Of a stretch of DNA of 64,000 nucleotides, positions 9,075 to 18,105 are shown in pieces (position 1 is the stretch's first letter; each line of letters begins with the position of its first letter). The translations under genes were made by a program, and so were the position numbers. Source of the DNA: an uncultured Collinsella sp. (GTDB taxonomy: Bacteria; Actinomycetota; Coriobacteriia; Coriobacteriales; Coriobacteriaceae). A model generated the notes under the pieces. It did no database searches, had not been told where the DNA came from, and saw only the letters and a list, made by a program, of their open reading frames with translations. The stretch covers positions 11,666 to 75,665 of the forward strand of contig CABUBZ010000002.1 of the NCBI GenBank assembly GCA_902489945.1, given 5' to 3'.

Positions 9075-11358
9075 CCTGCAGCGTCTTCGACAGTTCGACG
9101 AACATGGCGCTGTAGCCGGCAACACGAACGACCAGGTCCTTGTGCTGTTCGGGATGCTTTTGCGCCTCGATCAGCGTCGCGCGGTCGACCACGTTGAACT
9201 GGATATGCTGCAGCTTGAGTCGAGAGAACGCGCGGATGTACGCGGCGAGCTTTTCCGTACCCAACTCGCCGGCAAGCGACGAGGGCGAGAACTTCACGTT
9301 GAGCAGGCTGCCGTTGGAATCGAGCACGTTCTCGAGCTTGCTGACGCTCTTGAGGCTCGCAGTGGGGCCGTGGCCGTCGCGACCGACCATGGGAGACAGG
9401 CCGCCGTCGGCAAGCTGCTCGTGCGCGAGGCGTCCATCGGGCGTGGCGCCGCAGGCGGCGCCCAAGGGCACATGGGCCGACACGGTGTAGCTGCCCGGCT
9501 GGAACTTGCCGTCGCGCACGTTATCGTACTTCTCGACCTCGTGGCCGTAGTACGCCAAGAAATGGGAGCCGATCAAATCGACCTCGTCAATGTCGTTGCC
9601 GTACTTGGGGTAGCGGTTGATGCACGCCTGACGAATGGCCTCGTCGCCCTCGACGGACCAGTTGCGGTGCAACATGGCGAGCATCTCCTGATAGGTCATG
9701 GTCGGCTCGATCTTCTGTCCGTTCTCGCCGACGCCAAACACAGCGCGCTTGATCACCGTGAGCGAATCGGCCAGGTTGGCGGTGCCGACGCCCTGCACAC
9801 CGGAGGGATTGTAACGGGCACCGCCCTCGGTGATGTCGCGACCCTTCTCGAGGCTGTCGAGCACCAGACAGGAGAGCAGCGGCGTGGGCGAGGTGACGCG
9901 ATGCGCCATGTCGCACACGTTGCAACCGCGGACCATGAGCCCCACGTATTTGGAAATGGTGCCCTCGAGGGCATGCTCCAGATCCTCGAACGTGTCGAAC
10001 CCGTCGGGGTTGCCCTCGAGCGTCAGCTCGAGGCAGCGCACCATGTTGAACATCGAGATGTCGTGCAGGCCGTACATGCGGCCGGGGATGGACAGCTCCA
10101 CGCAGCCCACCACGGCGTAGTCGCGCGCGTCCTCAAGCAAGATGCCTCGGTTGGTGAAGGCCTCGATGTTGACCTCGTCGTTGAAGCACTGGGGCAGGCC
10201 GTCGCCCAGCTTGATAATGTCGCAGGCCTCGTGATAGAGCGCATCGGGTGTGTTCTTGTGCACGCGCAGCGACAGGTTGGGCTGCGGCAGGCGCGTGTCC
10301 TTCTGGATATCGAGCAAAAGTGTCGAAAGCTCGTTGGAGCAGTCGTTGCCTTCGGCGTCCACGCCGCCCACCACCAGGTTGAAGCCGATGGGGAACCCGG
10401 CGAAGAACGCGGCGCTCTCCGTGGAGCGAATCGCCACGAGCGTGTTGGTCTTGAGGTAGAAGCACTGGATGAGCTCGCGGATGAACGCGGGCGTCTCCCC
10501 CGCTGCCACGCTCACCTGGTAGTACGGCCACAAATACTGGTCCATACGGCCCAGCGAGAGCGAGCTGGCGTTGCTCTCGTGCTGGAGCGCCACCTCGGTG
10601 AGCCATACCAGCTGCAGGGCATCGTACAGGTCGCGCGCCGGCTCGGTAGCGATATGCGACAGGATCTCGGCCATGCGAGCGAGCTCAACGGCGCGCTCGG
10701 GCGTCGCGGTCTCGGCAAGCATGCGCACGTGGGCCTCGTAGCGATGGATGTAGGCGACCATGGCCTCGAGCGAGATGACGGCCGCATCCAGGAAGTCGTT
10801 GCCGGGTTCCTCGGCATGGCGGCGCTTGGCCTCGGCAAGAATATCGCCGTAGCCGCGCGTCAGTACGCTGGGGAAATCGCAGATGATGTGTCCTTGGCCC
10901 TTATCGGTTTGCGCGACGGCAAAAATCTTGGTTTTTTGAGCCTCGAGCACCTCGGGATCGGCATGCTCGGTATACCAGTCATTGAGCGACCGGCCGCTCC
11001 AGAAGGGATACAGCACCTCGCGATAGTATTTCTTGTCCTCTTCGGACATATCGAACTTGTCCTGCGGACGGGTGGGGAACTCGTCCAGCTCATCCAGAAT
11101 CCAGTACGGGGACATCTCGGGCGATATGACACCCGCGCGCGGCTTGGCGCTGCGGTTACCTACCAACAGGTCATAATCGTCCACGACGATCTTATGGTTC
11201 GCGAGCAGATGTTCCAGGGCCCGGGCGCGACGAATCACGGCGGGCTGTCCCTCCGTCTCCTGATAACTCTCCATATAGAGCGTCGCGCGCTCCAAGGAAA
11301 CCTGACGGTTCTCTGCGAACAAACTGTCCTTGATTACCTGAGTGCGCTGGGTAAGCAT
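9040..11358 (-). CDS. pflD: PflD-type glycyl radical enzyme
   Basis: VVGCVELSIPG Cys loop (single Cys), RVAGYS Gly loop; long stretches match E. coli PflD as I recall it (FPTRPQD, QTDKGQGHII, ESNASSLSLGR, GSYTVSAHVPLG, QLADGGLSPM). Confidence 0.92.
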   Translation of the reverse strand: MLTQRTQVIKDSLFAENRQVSLERATLYMESYQETEGQPAVIRRARALEHLLANHKIVVDDYDLLVGNRSAKPRAGVISPEMSPYWILDELDEFPTRPQDKFDMSEEDKKYYREVLYPFWSGRSLNDWYTEHADPEVLEAQKTKIFAVAQTDKGQGHIICDFPSVLTRGYGDILAEAKRRHAEEPGNDFLDAAVISLEAMVAYIHRYEAHVRMLAETATPERAVELARMAEILSHIATEPARDLYDALQLVWLTEVALQHESNASSLSLGRMDQYLWPYYQVSVAAGETPAFIRELIQCFYLKTNTLVAIRSTESAAFFAGFPIGFNLVVGGVDAEGNDCSNELSTLLLDIQKDTRLPQPNLSLRVHKNTPDALYHEACDIIKLGDGLPQCFNDEVNIEAFTNRGILLEDARDYAVVGCVELSIPGRMYGLHDISMFNMVRCLELTLEGNPDGFDTFEDLEHALEGTISKYVGLMVRGCNVCDMAHRVTSPTPLLSCLVLDSLEKGRDITEGGARYNPSGVQGVGTANLADSLTVIKRAVFGVGENGQKIEPTMTYQEMLAMLHRNWSVEGDEAIRQACINRYPKYGNDIDEVDLIGSHFLAYYGHEVEKYDNVRDGKFQPGSYTVSAHVPLGAACGATPDGRLAHEQLADGGLSPMVGRDGHGPTASLKSVSKLENVLDSNGSLLNVKFSPSSLAGELGTEKLAAYIRAFSRLKLQHIQFNVVDRATLIEAQKHPEQHKDLVVRVAGYSAMFVELSKTLQDDIINRSEHVL

Positions 11359-11389
11359 CTGACCCTCCAAAAGACGATGCCGAATGCGG

Positions 11390-11520
11390 CTTGTTTTGTC
11401 TTAAGTTATCCCACTCTTTATTGTTTTGCAATTGTTTTTTCTTAGTTTGTTCGATTCTTTCTGATTTTTCAAAATACACGTATACTGAAACAAGACGAAA
11501 CAAGAAAGAAAGCTGGAGTA
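11390..11520. promoter_or_regulatory. Divergent pflD/DeoR promoter region with helical-phase TTTC/GAAAC-like repeats (candidate DeoR operators)
   Basis: AT-rich; TTCTTAGTTTGTTCGATTCTTTCTGATTTTTC and GAAACAAGACGAAACAAGAAAGAAAG with about 10-bp periodicity. Confidence 0.5.
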
Positions 11521-11523
11521 TCC

Positions 11524-12279
11524 ATGTTCCCGGAAGAACGTCATGCCCTCATCTGCTCGCTGATCGACAAAAACGGCCGCGTGACGGTCACCGATCTGGC
11601 ACGTCGGTTCGACGTGACCGAAGATTGCATTCGCAAGGACCTGAAGCAGCTGGCCGCCAACGGCAAATGCCAGCGCGTATACGGCGGCGCCACCCGAACG
11701 CAGAACGGCGAGGAGCGCAACGTGGTCAAGCGCCTTACCATGTTCCAGCCCGAAAAGCAGGCCATCGCGCACAAGGCGCTTGAGTTTATCGAGCCGAAAC
11801 AGACCATCTACCTGGATATTTCAAGCACTAACCTGTATTTGGCACAACTAATTGCACAATCGGACATCGCATGTACCGTGGTTTCGCCCATGATCGATAT
11901 CCTTACGGCGCTGGCGACGGCCTCCAACGTCACGGCAATCTGCCCCGGCGGCACCATCAGCGCCGAGCTGAACGGCTTTGTGGGCGCCGTAGCAGTGGAC
12001 GCCCTGAAGCGTTTTCGATTTGAGATGGCATTCATCGGCGCATACGGTGTAGACAGCGAATCGCGTGAGGTTACGACCTACGACGCCGACGACGGCCTGC
12101 TGAAGCGCTGCGCCATCGAATGCGCCGGCCGTTCGTATCTGGTGTGCGAGTCGCGCAAGTTCAGCACGCTCGGTAACTATCATTTCGCCAGTTTTGAAGA
12201 TTTTGACGCCCTGATCTGCGACGACGAGGATGTCGCTGCCATCGAGCAGGTGCAGGCGGCGGGATTGGACGTGCTGTAG
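11524..12279 (+). CDS. DeoR/GlpR family transcriptional regulator
   Basis: N-terminal HTH (LARRFDVTEDCIRKDL, RVYGGA), sugar-binding domain (EKQAIA, IYLDISST). Confidence 0.93.
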   Translation: MFPEERHALICSLIDKNGRVTVTDLARRFDVTEDCIRKDLKQLAANGKCQRVYGGATRTQNGEERNVVKRLTMFQPEKQAIAHKALEFIEPKQTIYLDISSTNLYLAQLIAQSDIACTVVSPMIDILTALATASNVTAICPGGTISAELNGFVGAVAVDALKRFRFEMAFIGAYGVDSESREVTTYDADDGLLKRCAIECAGRSYLVCESRKFSTLGNYHFASFEDFDALICDDEDVAAIEQVQAAGLDVL

Positions 12280-12400
12280 GGTGCAACTATAGCCCGCCAA
12301 GGAATTATGAGGATACCTTTTGGGACATCCACGCCGGCACCGTTATTCCGCACGCTCCCACACACCCTGCACGAGTCCGCAACACCTCTGTGCGACAGCT

Positions 12401-12889
12401 TTACGCCTGCTGATAGTGCAGGTGAGCCTCATCGATATCGGCCAGGTCGCGGTCGAGGTAGCGGCGCGCGAGCCAGTTGGCCATGGGGAGATTTTGATCC
12501 AGGTAGTTGCCACACTCCTCGGGAGCGGCTCCGGGGACATCGCCCTCAAAGTCGGCGACGAACTCAAACAGCTCGCGGACGAGCGGCAGGATCTCCTCGC
12601 TCGTTACCTCACCAAACACGACCAGGTAAAAGCCCGTGCGGCAGCCCATGGGGCCAAAGTAGACAATACGGCTCGACCACTCGGCATGATTGCGAAGGAA
12701 GGTCGCGCCCAGGTGCTCGATGGTATGGCACTCGGCCGTGTTCATGACCGGCTCCTTGTTGGGCGTGGTCAGGCGCAGGTCAAAGGTGGTGACGGCAGTG
12801 CCGGTCGCCGGATCGCGGTCGATGCGGCTCACGTACACGCCGGGCTCAAGCAGCAGATGATCGACAGAAAAGCTCGCGATGCGCTCCAT
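12401..12889 (-). CDS. luxS: S-ribosylhomocysteine lyase (AI-2 synthase)
   Basis: SFSVDH, HTIEH, GPMGCRTGFY, CGNY. Confidence 0.97.
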   Translation of the reverse strand: MERIASFSVDHLLLEPGVYVSRIDRDPATGTAVTTFDLRLTTPNKEPVMNTAECHTIEHLGATFLRNHAEWSSRIVYFGPMGCRTGFYLVVFGEVTSEEILPLVRELFEFVADFEGDVPGAAPEECGNYLDQNLPMANWLARRYLDRDLADIDEAHLHYQQA

Positions 12890-12909
12890 GGCAGATCCTC
12901 TCGTTAGTC

Positions 12910-13030
12910 AATTTGGGACGGGGCTCTTTTAGCTGGTTCGAATGGTCGCACCAATCATACCAGTCAAAAAAGCCCCGTCCCAAATTAGCCACCTGGGACG
13001 AGGCTAATGATTTTTTGATCCCCGTCCCAG
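12910..13030. repeat. GGGACGGGG/CCCCGTCCC inverted-repeat (REP-like) pair, twice
   Basis: AATTTGGGACGGGGCT (12910-12925) vs AGCCCCGTCCCAAATT (12971-12986); CTGGGACG (12993) vs CGTCCCAG (to 13030); a related core occurs at about 36153-36178. Confidence 0.6.
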
Positions 13031-13040
13031 AAAAATCATT

Positions 13041-14531
13041 CTAGGCAGTGTAGGAAATTGTGGCCTTCACCGCGTGGCGCCAGCCGGCGATCTTTTTGGC
13101 TCGCTCGTCGGCCGGCATCGAAGGCTCCACGATACTGCGAGCGCCGTAGACGTCGACGACGTCGCGCGTGTACATGCCCAGCGCAATGCCGCAGGCCCAA
13201 GCCGCGCCCAGGCCGCTCATCTCGTCGTTGCTCGCGATGCGGATGGGCGAGCCCACAAGATCGCTCTCAAACTGCATCAGGTACGCATCGCGCGTGGGGC
13301 CGCCGTCAACGCGAAGCTCGGCCAGCGCCGCGCCCGAATCCTCGACCATCGCATCGATCACGTCGAAGATCTGATAGGCGATCGACTCGTCGGCAGCCTT
13401 CACGAACTCCGCGCGGCCGGTGGTGCGCGTCATGCCAAAGACGCAGCCCTCGGCGTCGCTTGCCCAGTGCGGCGCGCCCAGGCCGGTAAACGCCGGCACA
13501 AAGTAGACGCGGCTCGCCGGGTTGGCGGCATAGCACAGGTCGGTGACCTCTTCGGGGTTGTTGATGAGCTCCAGGTCGTCACGCAGCCAGGTCTTGACGG
13601 CGCCGGCGTAGCTCACGTTGCCCTCGAGCACGTACTCGGTCACGCCGTCCATGCGCCACGCAAGCGAGCTCGAAAGCCCGTGTGAGCTGGCCACAAACTC
13701 GTCGCCGACGTTCATCATAACCGAGCTGCCGGTGCCATAGGTCGCCTTGGCCATGCCGCGGCTGTGGCAACCCTGCGCAAACAAGGCGGCGTGGCTGTCG
13801 CCGAGCACGCCGTGAATGGGCACGGGCGCCGGCAAAAAGCCGCCCAGGTCCGTTGTGCCGAACAGGCCGTCGGAATCGGTCGCCTGCGGCAGGCAAGCAG
13901 CGTCGATGCCAAAGGCCTCGCACACCGGCTCGCTCCAGCAGCCACGGCGCAGGTCGAACAGCTGCGTGCGGCTGGCGTTGGACCAGTCGCAACGAAACTC
14001 GGTGCCGCCCGTGAGCGTCCAGACCACCCAGGCATCGATGGTGCCCAAGCAAAGCTCGCCCGCCGCAGCGGCCTCGGCAGCCGCCGGAACGTTTGCGAGA
14101 ATCCAGGCCATCTTGCCCGCCGGATAGTAGGGTGAGAGCACCAGGCCCGTCGTATCGCGCACCAACTCGGACACGCCCTCGCGTGCGGCCAGCTCGTCGC
14201 ACAGCTCGCGGGCACGGGCGCACTGCCACACCACGGCGTCGCACAGCGGCTCGCCCGTCGTGCGGTTCCAGGCAACGGTGGTCTCGCGCTGGTTGGAAAT
14301 GCCAATGCCGGCGACATCGGCCGGGTTAACCCCGGTCTCCTCCACCACGGCGCGCGCCACGGCAAGCACGTTGGCAGCGATCTCGGCCGGATCATGGCTC
14401 ACCCAGCCGGCCTCGTTGACGATCTGGCGGTGTGCGCGGTCGGCACGATGAATCAGATGGCCGCCCTCGTCCACCAGCAGCGCCTTGGTGCCCTGCGTGG
14501 ATTGATCGATTCCGATGATGTATTTGCTCAT
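13041..14531 (-). CDS. FGGY carbohydrate kinase, glycerol-kinase-like (candidate apulose kinase)
   Basis: IDQSTQGTK, GISNQRET, WQCAR, SNASRT, GDSHAAL, KATYGTG, PAFTGLGAPHW, LRVDGG. Confidence 0.85.
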   Translation of the reverse strand: MSKYIIGIDQSTQGTKALLVDEGGHLIHRADRAHRQIVNEAGWVSHDPAEIAANVLAVARAVVEETGVNPADVAGIGISNQRETTVAWNRTTGEPLCDAVVWQCARARELCDELAAREGVSELVRDTTGLVLSPYYPAGKMAWILANVPAAAEAAAAGELCLGTIDAWVVWTLTGGTEFRCDWSNASRTQLFDLRRGCWSEPVCEAFGIDAACLPQATDSDGLFGTTDLGGFLPAPVPIHGVLGDSHAALFAQGCHSRGMAKATYGTGSSVMMNVGDEFVASSHGLSSSLAWRMDGVTEYVLEGNVSYAGAVKTWLRDDLELINNPEEVTDLCYAANPASRVYFVPAFTGLGAPHWASDAEGCVFGMTRTTGRAEFVKAADESIAYQIFDVIDAMVEDSGAALAELRVDGGPTRDAYLMQFESDLVGSPIRIASNDEMSGLGAAWACGIALGMYTRDVVDVYGARSIVEPSMPADERAKKIAGWRHAVKATISYTA

Positions 14532-14674
14532 GTACTCTCCTGTCTCCCCCGTCGATTCAACAACTAAAACCCGACGGACAAGGAGCGAGTGGCCGACCGA
14601 CTCATGAGAGCGCAGCCGGCCTGCTCTGAATTCAACCTAAAAGGATTGGTGCAAACCTGTCCCCGATGCACCAA

Positions 14675-15616
14675 CTACTCTGCGGGAAGGAACTCGGCGA
14701 CCGTCTTGGCAATACCCTCGCCGGTGAGCCCGTAGTGCGCAAAGACCTCGGGGCTCGTGCCGGTGATGACCGGCGCATCGGGCAGGGAGAGGCACTTGAC
14801 CGGACGCGGGCAATGCTCGCCCACGACCTGCGCGACCATGGAACCCAGGCCGCCGAAGGGGCTGTGCTCTTCGACCGTCACGACGGCGCGCGTGGCGTCG
14901 GCGGCCTCGATCACGGCCTCGGCGTCGAGCGGTTTGACGCAGTACATGTCGAGCACCGTTGCCGAGATACCCTGTTCGGCCAAAAGGTCGGCGGCGTCCA
15001 CGGCGTGGCGGACCATCTCACCGGTGGCGACAATCGTCACATCGGTGCCGCGACGCACCCAGGTGGCGCGATCCATCTGGAACGGGCACTCGTCCTCGGT
15101 GTACACGTCCTCCACCGGGTTGCGGCCCACGCGGATGTAGGCCGGCTTGTTGTCGGCGACCAGGGCACGCACGAGCTCGGCGGTCTGGAATCGATCGCTC
15201 GGCAGATACACGCGCATGTTGGGAATCGCGCTCATGGCGGCGATATCCTGCGCGGAGTGATGGCTCATGCCTAAGGCGCCGTAGGACACGCCGCCCGAGA
15301 TGCCGATGAGCTTGACGTTGGTGTTGGAGTACGAAACGTCAACCTTGCACTGCTCATACGAGCGCGTGGTCACAAAGGACGCCGGCGAGGCGGCCCAGGC
15401 CTTCTTGCCGCACGAGGCCATACCGGCGGCGATACTCACCAGGTCCTGCTCGGCGATGCCGACCTCAATGGACTGCTGGGGATACTGATCGAAGAACGGC
15501 GTGAGCGATGCGGAGCCGCGGGAGTCGGAGCACAGGACGACGATGTCTTTATCGGTTGCGGCGGCCTCGAGCAGCGTGTCGCAGATAGCCTTGCGGTTGG
15601 CGATCTTGTTAGCCAT
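14675..15616 (-). CDS. Transketolase, C-terminal (pyrimidine-binding) subunit
   Basis: EVGIAEQ, RSYEQ, GMSHH, YIRVGR, VEEHSPFGGLG; ATG at 15616 overlaps the upstream stop. Confidence 0.92.
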   Translation of the reverse strand: MANKIANRKAICDTLLEAAATDKDIVVLCSDSRGSASLTPFFDQYPQQSIEVGIAEQDLVSIAAGMASCGKKAWAASPASFVTTRSYEQCKVDVSYSNTNVKLIGISGGVSYGALGMSHHSAQDIAAMSAIPNMRVYLPSDRFQTAELVRALVADNKPAYIRVGRNPVEDVYTEDECPFQMDRATWVRRGTDVTIVATGEMVRHAVDAADLLAEQGISATVLDMYCVKPLDAEAVIEAADATRAVVTVEEHSPFGGLGSMVAQVVGEHCPRPVKCLSLPDAPVITGTSPEVFAHYGLTGEGIAKTVAEFLPAE

Positions 15617-16445
15617 TGATAGCCTCCTTATGGGCAGCGAAATCGGCGATGATCTGGGCATATTCCTCATCGTTGGGCAGGTGATGATGCCAGGCGGCCT
15701 TGTCCTCCATAACCGGCGAGCCGTAGCCCTTCACCGTGTTGAGGATGATGACCGTGGGCTTACCCTTGGTCTCGGCGGCCAGCGTCAGCGCGGCGTCGAT
15801 GGCCTGGACGTCGTTGCCCGGAATGGACAGCACGTTCCAACCGAAGGCGGCCCAGCGCTCCTCCTGCGAGTCCTGCTTCATGACGTCCTCGGTGCTGCCG
15901 CTGATCTGCAGGCGGTTGCGGTCCACGAGCGCGCACAGGTTATCGAGCTGGTAGTTGCCGCCGCTCATGGCGCCCTCCCAGACCGAGCCCTCGGCAAGCT
16001 CGCCGTCGCCCATGATGGTGTAGACGCGGTAGTCGCGGCCATCCATCTTGCCGGCAAGCGCCATCCCGACGGCCACGGGCAGGCCGTGACCCAGCGAGCC
16101 CGAGTTCATCTCGATGCCCTTGAGCTTGTTGTTGGGGTGGCCGATGTAGGGGCTGCCGAACTTAGAGAAGCGGGCCTTGACGTCGTCGAGGTCCAGATAG
16201 CCCTCGTGGCAGAGCACCGCGTAGTAGGCCTCCATGGCGTGGCCCTTGGAGAGCACGAAGCGATCGCGGTTGGGATCGTCGACGGTCTCGGGCGAAATGT
16301 TGAGGTGGTTGGCGTAGAGGGTCATGAGGGCGTCGATGACCGACATGTCGCCGCCGATGTGCCCGCCGGCGCCAGCCATGATGATATCGACGCAATCGCG
16401 GCGAAGGTCCCAACGCAGGGATTCAAGCTCTTCGATAGTTGCCAT
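15609..16445 (-). CDS. Transketolase, N-terminal (ThDP-binding) subunit
   Basis: GHIGG, RDRFVLSKGH, GHP, GSLGHG, GDGELAEGSVWE, TVKGYG; start MATIEEL at 16445. Confidence 0.92.
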   Translation of the reverse strand: MATIEELESLRWDLRRDCVDIIMAGAGGHIGGDMSVIDALMTLYANHLNISPETVDDPNRDRFVLSKGHAMEAYYAVLCHEGYLDLDDVKARFSKFGSPYIGHPNNKLKGIEMNSGSLGHGLPVAVGMALAGKMDGRDYRVYTIMGDGELAEGSVWEGAMSGGNYQLDNLCALVDRNRLQISGSTEDVMKQDSQEERWAAFGWNVLSIPGNDVQAIDAALTLAAETKGKPTVIILNTVKGYGSPVMEDKAAWHHHLPNDEEYAQIIADFAAHKEAING

Positions 16446-16447
16446 TT

Positions 16448-17848
16448 CTACTCTCCTCGCAGGTAAGCTTTGACGTCTTCTTCGATGGGGTCGTACAGGT
16501 CGGGGACAATGCCGATGTACTTGCACGCCTCGTAGAGCACCGGCACCACGTTGGCGTGAATGGCGACGCAGTGGTGGATGTAGGGACCCTCGACGATCTT
16601 GGCCTCGAGGCGCTTGAGGTTGTCGACCTCGACCCACAGGTAGGTGCCCATGCCGGCCGGGCCGTCGATGCCGCGGGCGTTGCCCAGCAGCAGCGAGTAC
16701 TCGCCGTTGTCGCCGTCAAAGCGGGCAAGGGTGAGGTCGCCGTGCTTGGCCTCGGCCGTCAGCGCGCCGGGGTGATCGAAAGCCAGCGGGTAAGTGAGCT
16801 TGGGCTTGACGGCCGCGCAGCTGCAGGGCCAGGGGCCGCAGTGCTGCAGCAGCTCGCCGTTCTCGTTATCGGGATGACGCACGGTCCAGTCGGCGAACAT
16901 GCCGCGGTGACGGCCCAGGTCGGCGGCCTCGACCATCAGCGCGGTGATAGCGCCATGGATGTCGGTCTCGCAGACGATGGGAATGCCCATCTCGTTGAGG
17001 ATTGCGTTGGCGGCGCAGGGCATAATGCCCAACTCGTCCTGCAGGGCGTTCCAGCACTGGATGGCGCCGGAGTTGCAGCCGTACTTCTCGACCAGGCGCT
17101 TCATGGCAATGGCGAGTCCTGCGACCGCAGGAACCTTGTCCTCGGGGATGCAGATCTCAAAGCTGTCACCAATGTGGGCGAGCATGGCTGCCATGGCCTG
17201 CTCGTCAGCCTGGGCGTCGCGCACGGCCTGGACAAGCTCGGTCATGGGGATGGGCGAAAGCTGGATGTTGAACTTCTCGAGCAGCTCGCCCTCGTTGCAC
17301 ATGGTCGACCAGAAATCGAACGGACGGGTGGCCATCTGCAGGATGCGGGTGTGCTTGAAGGTCTTGACCACGTTGCACACGGCCAAAAAGTCCCAGACGC
17401 CGCGCTCGAACTCGGGATCGGTCAGGCGGCAGTTGGTCATATAGGTGAAGGGGACCTGGAAGCGACGCAGGACCTTGCCGGTGGCGAACAGGCCGCACTG
17501 GCTGTCACGCAGGCGGGTGCCGTCAGGCTCGGGGCGCTCATCGCGCGGGCCCCACAGCAGCACGGGCAAGCCGAGCTCGCGGGCAAGGCGAGCGCAAACG
17601 TACTCGGTGCCAAAGTTGGCGTGGCAGAGCATGATGCCGTCGACGCCCTCGGCGCGGAACTTCTCGACGATAGGCGCGATATGGCTGTCGTCGAACAGCA
17701 GGCCCTCGTCGTTGATGTCGTCGATATCCACAATCTCGACGCCGATCTCGCGCAGGCGATCAGCCGTAAGGCCGCGATACTTGATCGCGTCCGGCGCGCT
17801 AAAGATGCTACGGCGCGTGGGCACAAAACCGAGCTTGATCTTATCCAT
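16448..17848 (-). CDS. L-fucose/L-arabinose isomerase family protein
   Basis: NFGTE, RDSQCG, AIQCW, CETDIHGA, QHCGP, PYIHH. Confidence 0.85.
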   Translation of the reverse strand: MDKIKLGFVPTRRSIFSAPDAIKYRGLTADRLREIGVEIVDIDDINDEGLLFDDSHIAPIVEKFRAEGVDGIMLCHANFGTEYVCARLARELGLPVLLWGPRDERPEPDGTRLRDSQCGLFATGKVLRRFQVPFTYMTNCRLTDPEFERGVWDFLAVCNVVKTFKHTRILQMATRPFDFWSTMCNEGELLEKFNIQLSPIPMTELVQAVRDAQADEQAMAAMLAHIGDSFEICIPEDKVPAVAGLAIAMKRLVEKYGCNSGAIQCWNALQDELGIMPCAANAILNEMGIPIVCETDIHGAITALMVEAADLGRHRGMFADWTVRHPDNENGELLQHCGPWPCSCAAVKPKLTYPLAFDHPGALTAEAKHGDLTLARFDGDNGEYSLLLGNARGIDGPAGMGTYLWVEVDNLKRLEAKIVEGPYIHHCVAIHANVVPVLYEACKYIGIVPDLYDPIEEDVKAYLRGE

Positions 17849-17864
17849 GTACGTCCTCCCCTAG

Positions 17865-18000
17865 TCACATGTTCAGTAAACAGACGCATGTTTCGTTTTG
17901 TTCTGTTTACTAAATATTTTACTCTTCTGTTTAGAAGTTTAGCGCGAAATACCCGTAGACGGTAGAGAAATCAGCCTAAACGGTATGTAAACAATCTGAA
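17865..18000 (-). promoter_or_regulatory. Promoter region of the isomerase operon with TAAAC/GTTTA-type LacI-like sites
   Basis: Repeated TAAAC and GTTTA half-sites here and upstream of the LacI gene (19178-19235), which suggests a shared operator. Confidence 0.45.
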
Positions 18001-18015
18001 CATACAAGGGAAACA

Positions 18016-18041
18016 AAAAGAGGACCCCGAAGGATCCTCTT
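18016..18041 (-). terminator. Intrinsic terminator after LacI gene
   Basis: AAAAGAGGACCCCGAAGGATCCTCTT hairpin with A-tract (U-tract on the minus strand). Confidence 0.6.
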
Positions 18042-18105
18042 CTGAATGGCACTATGTTAACTGCCCTAGCGAGCTTTGGCACGCTGCAGGCAATGCCGTC
18101 TCCGC

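Noticed and set aside
9040..11358. Pyruvate formate-lyase, CutC or HypD call for the GRE
   Set aside because: Single-Cys GCVELS loop (PFL has adjacent Cys-Cys; CutC has GCVEP) and close resemblance to PflD.
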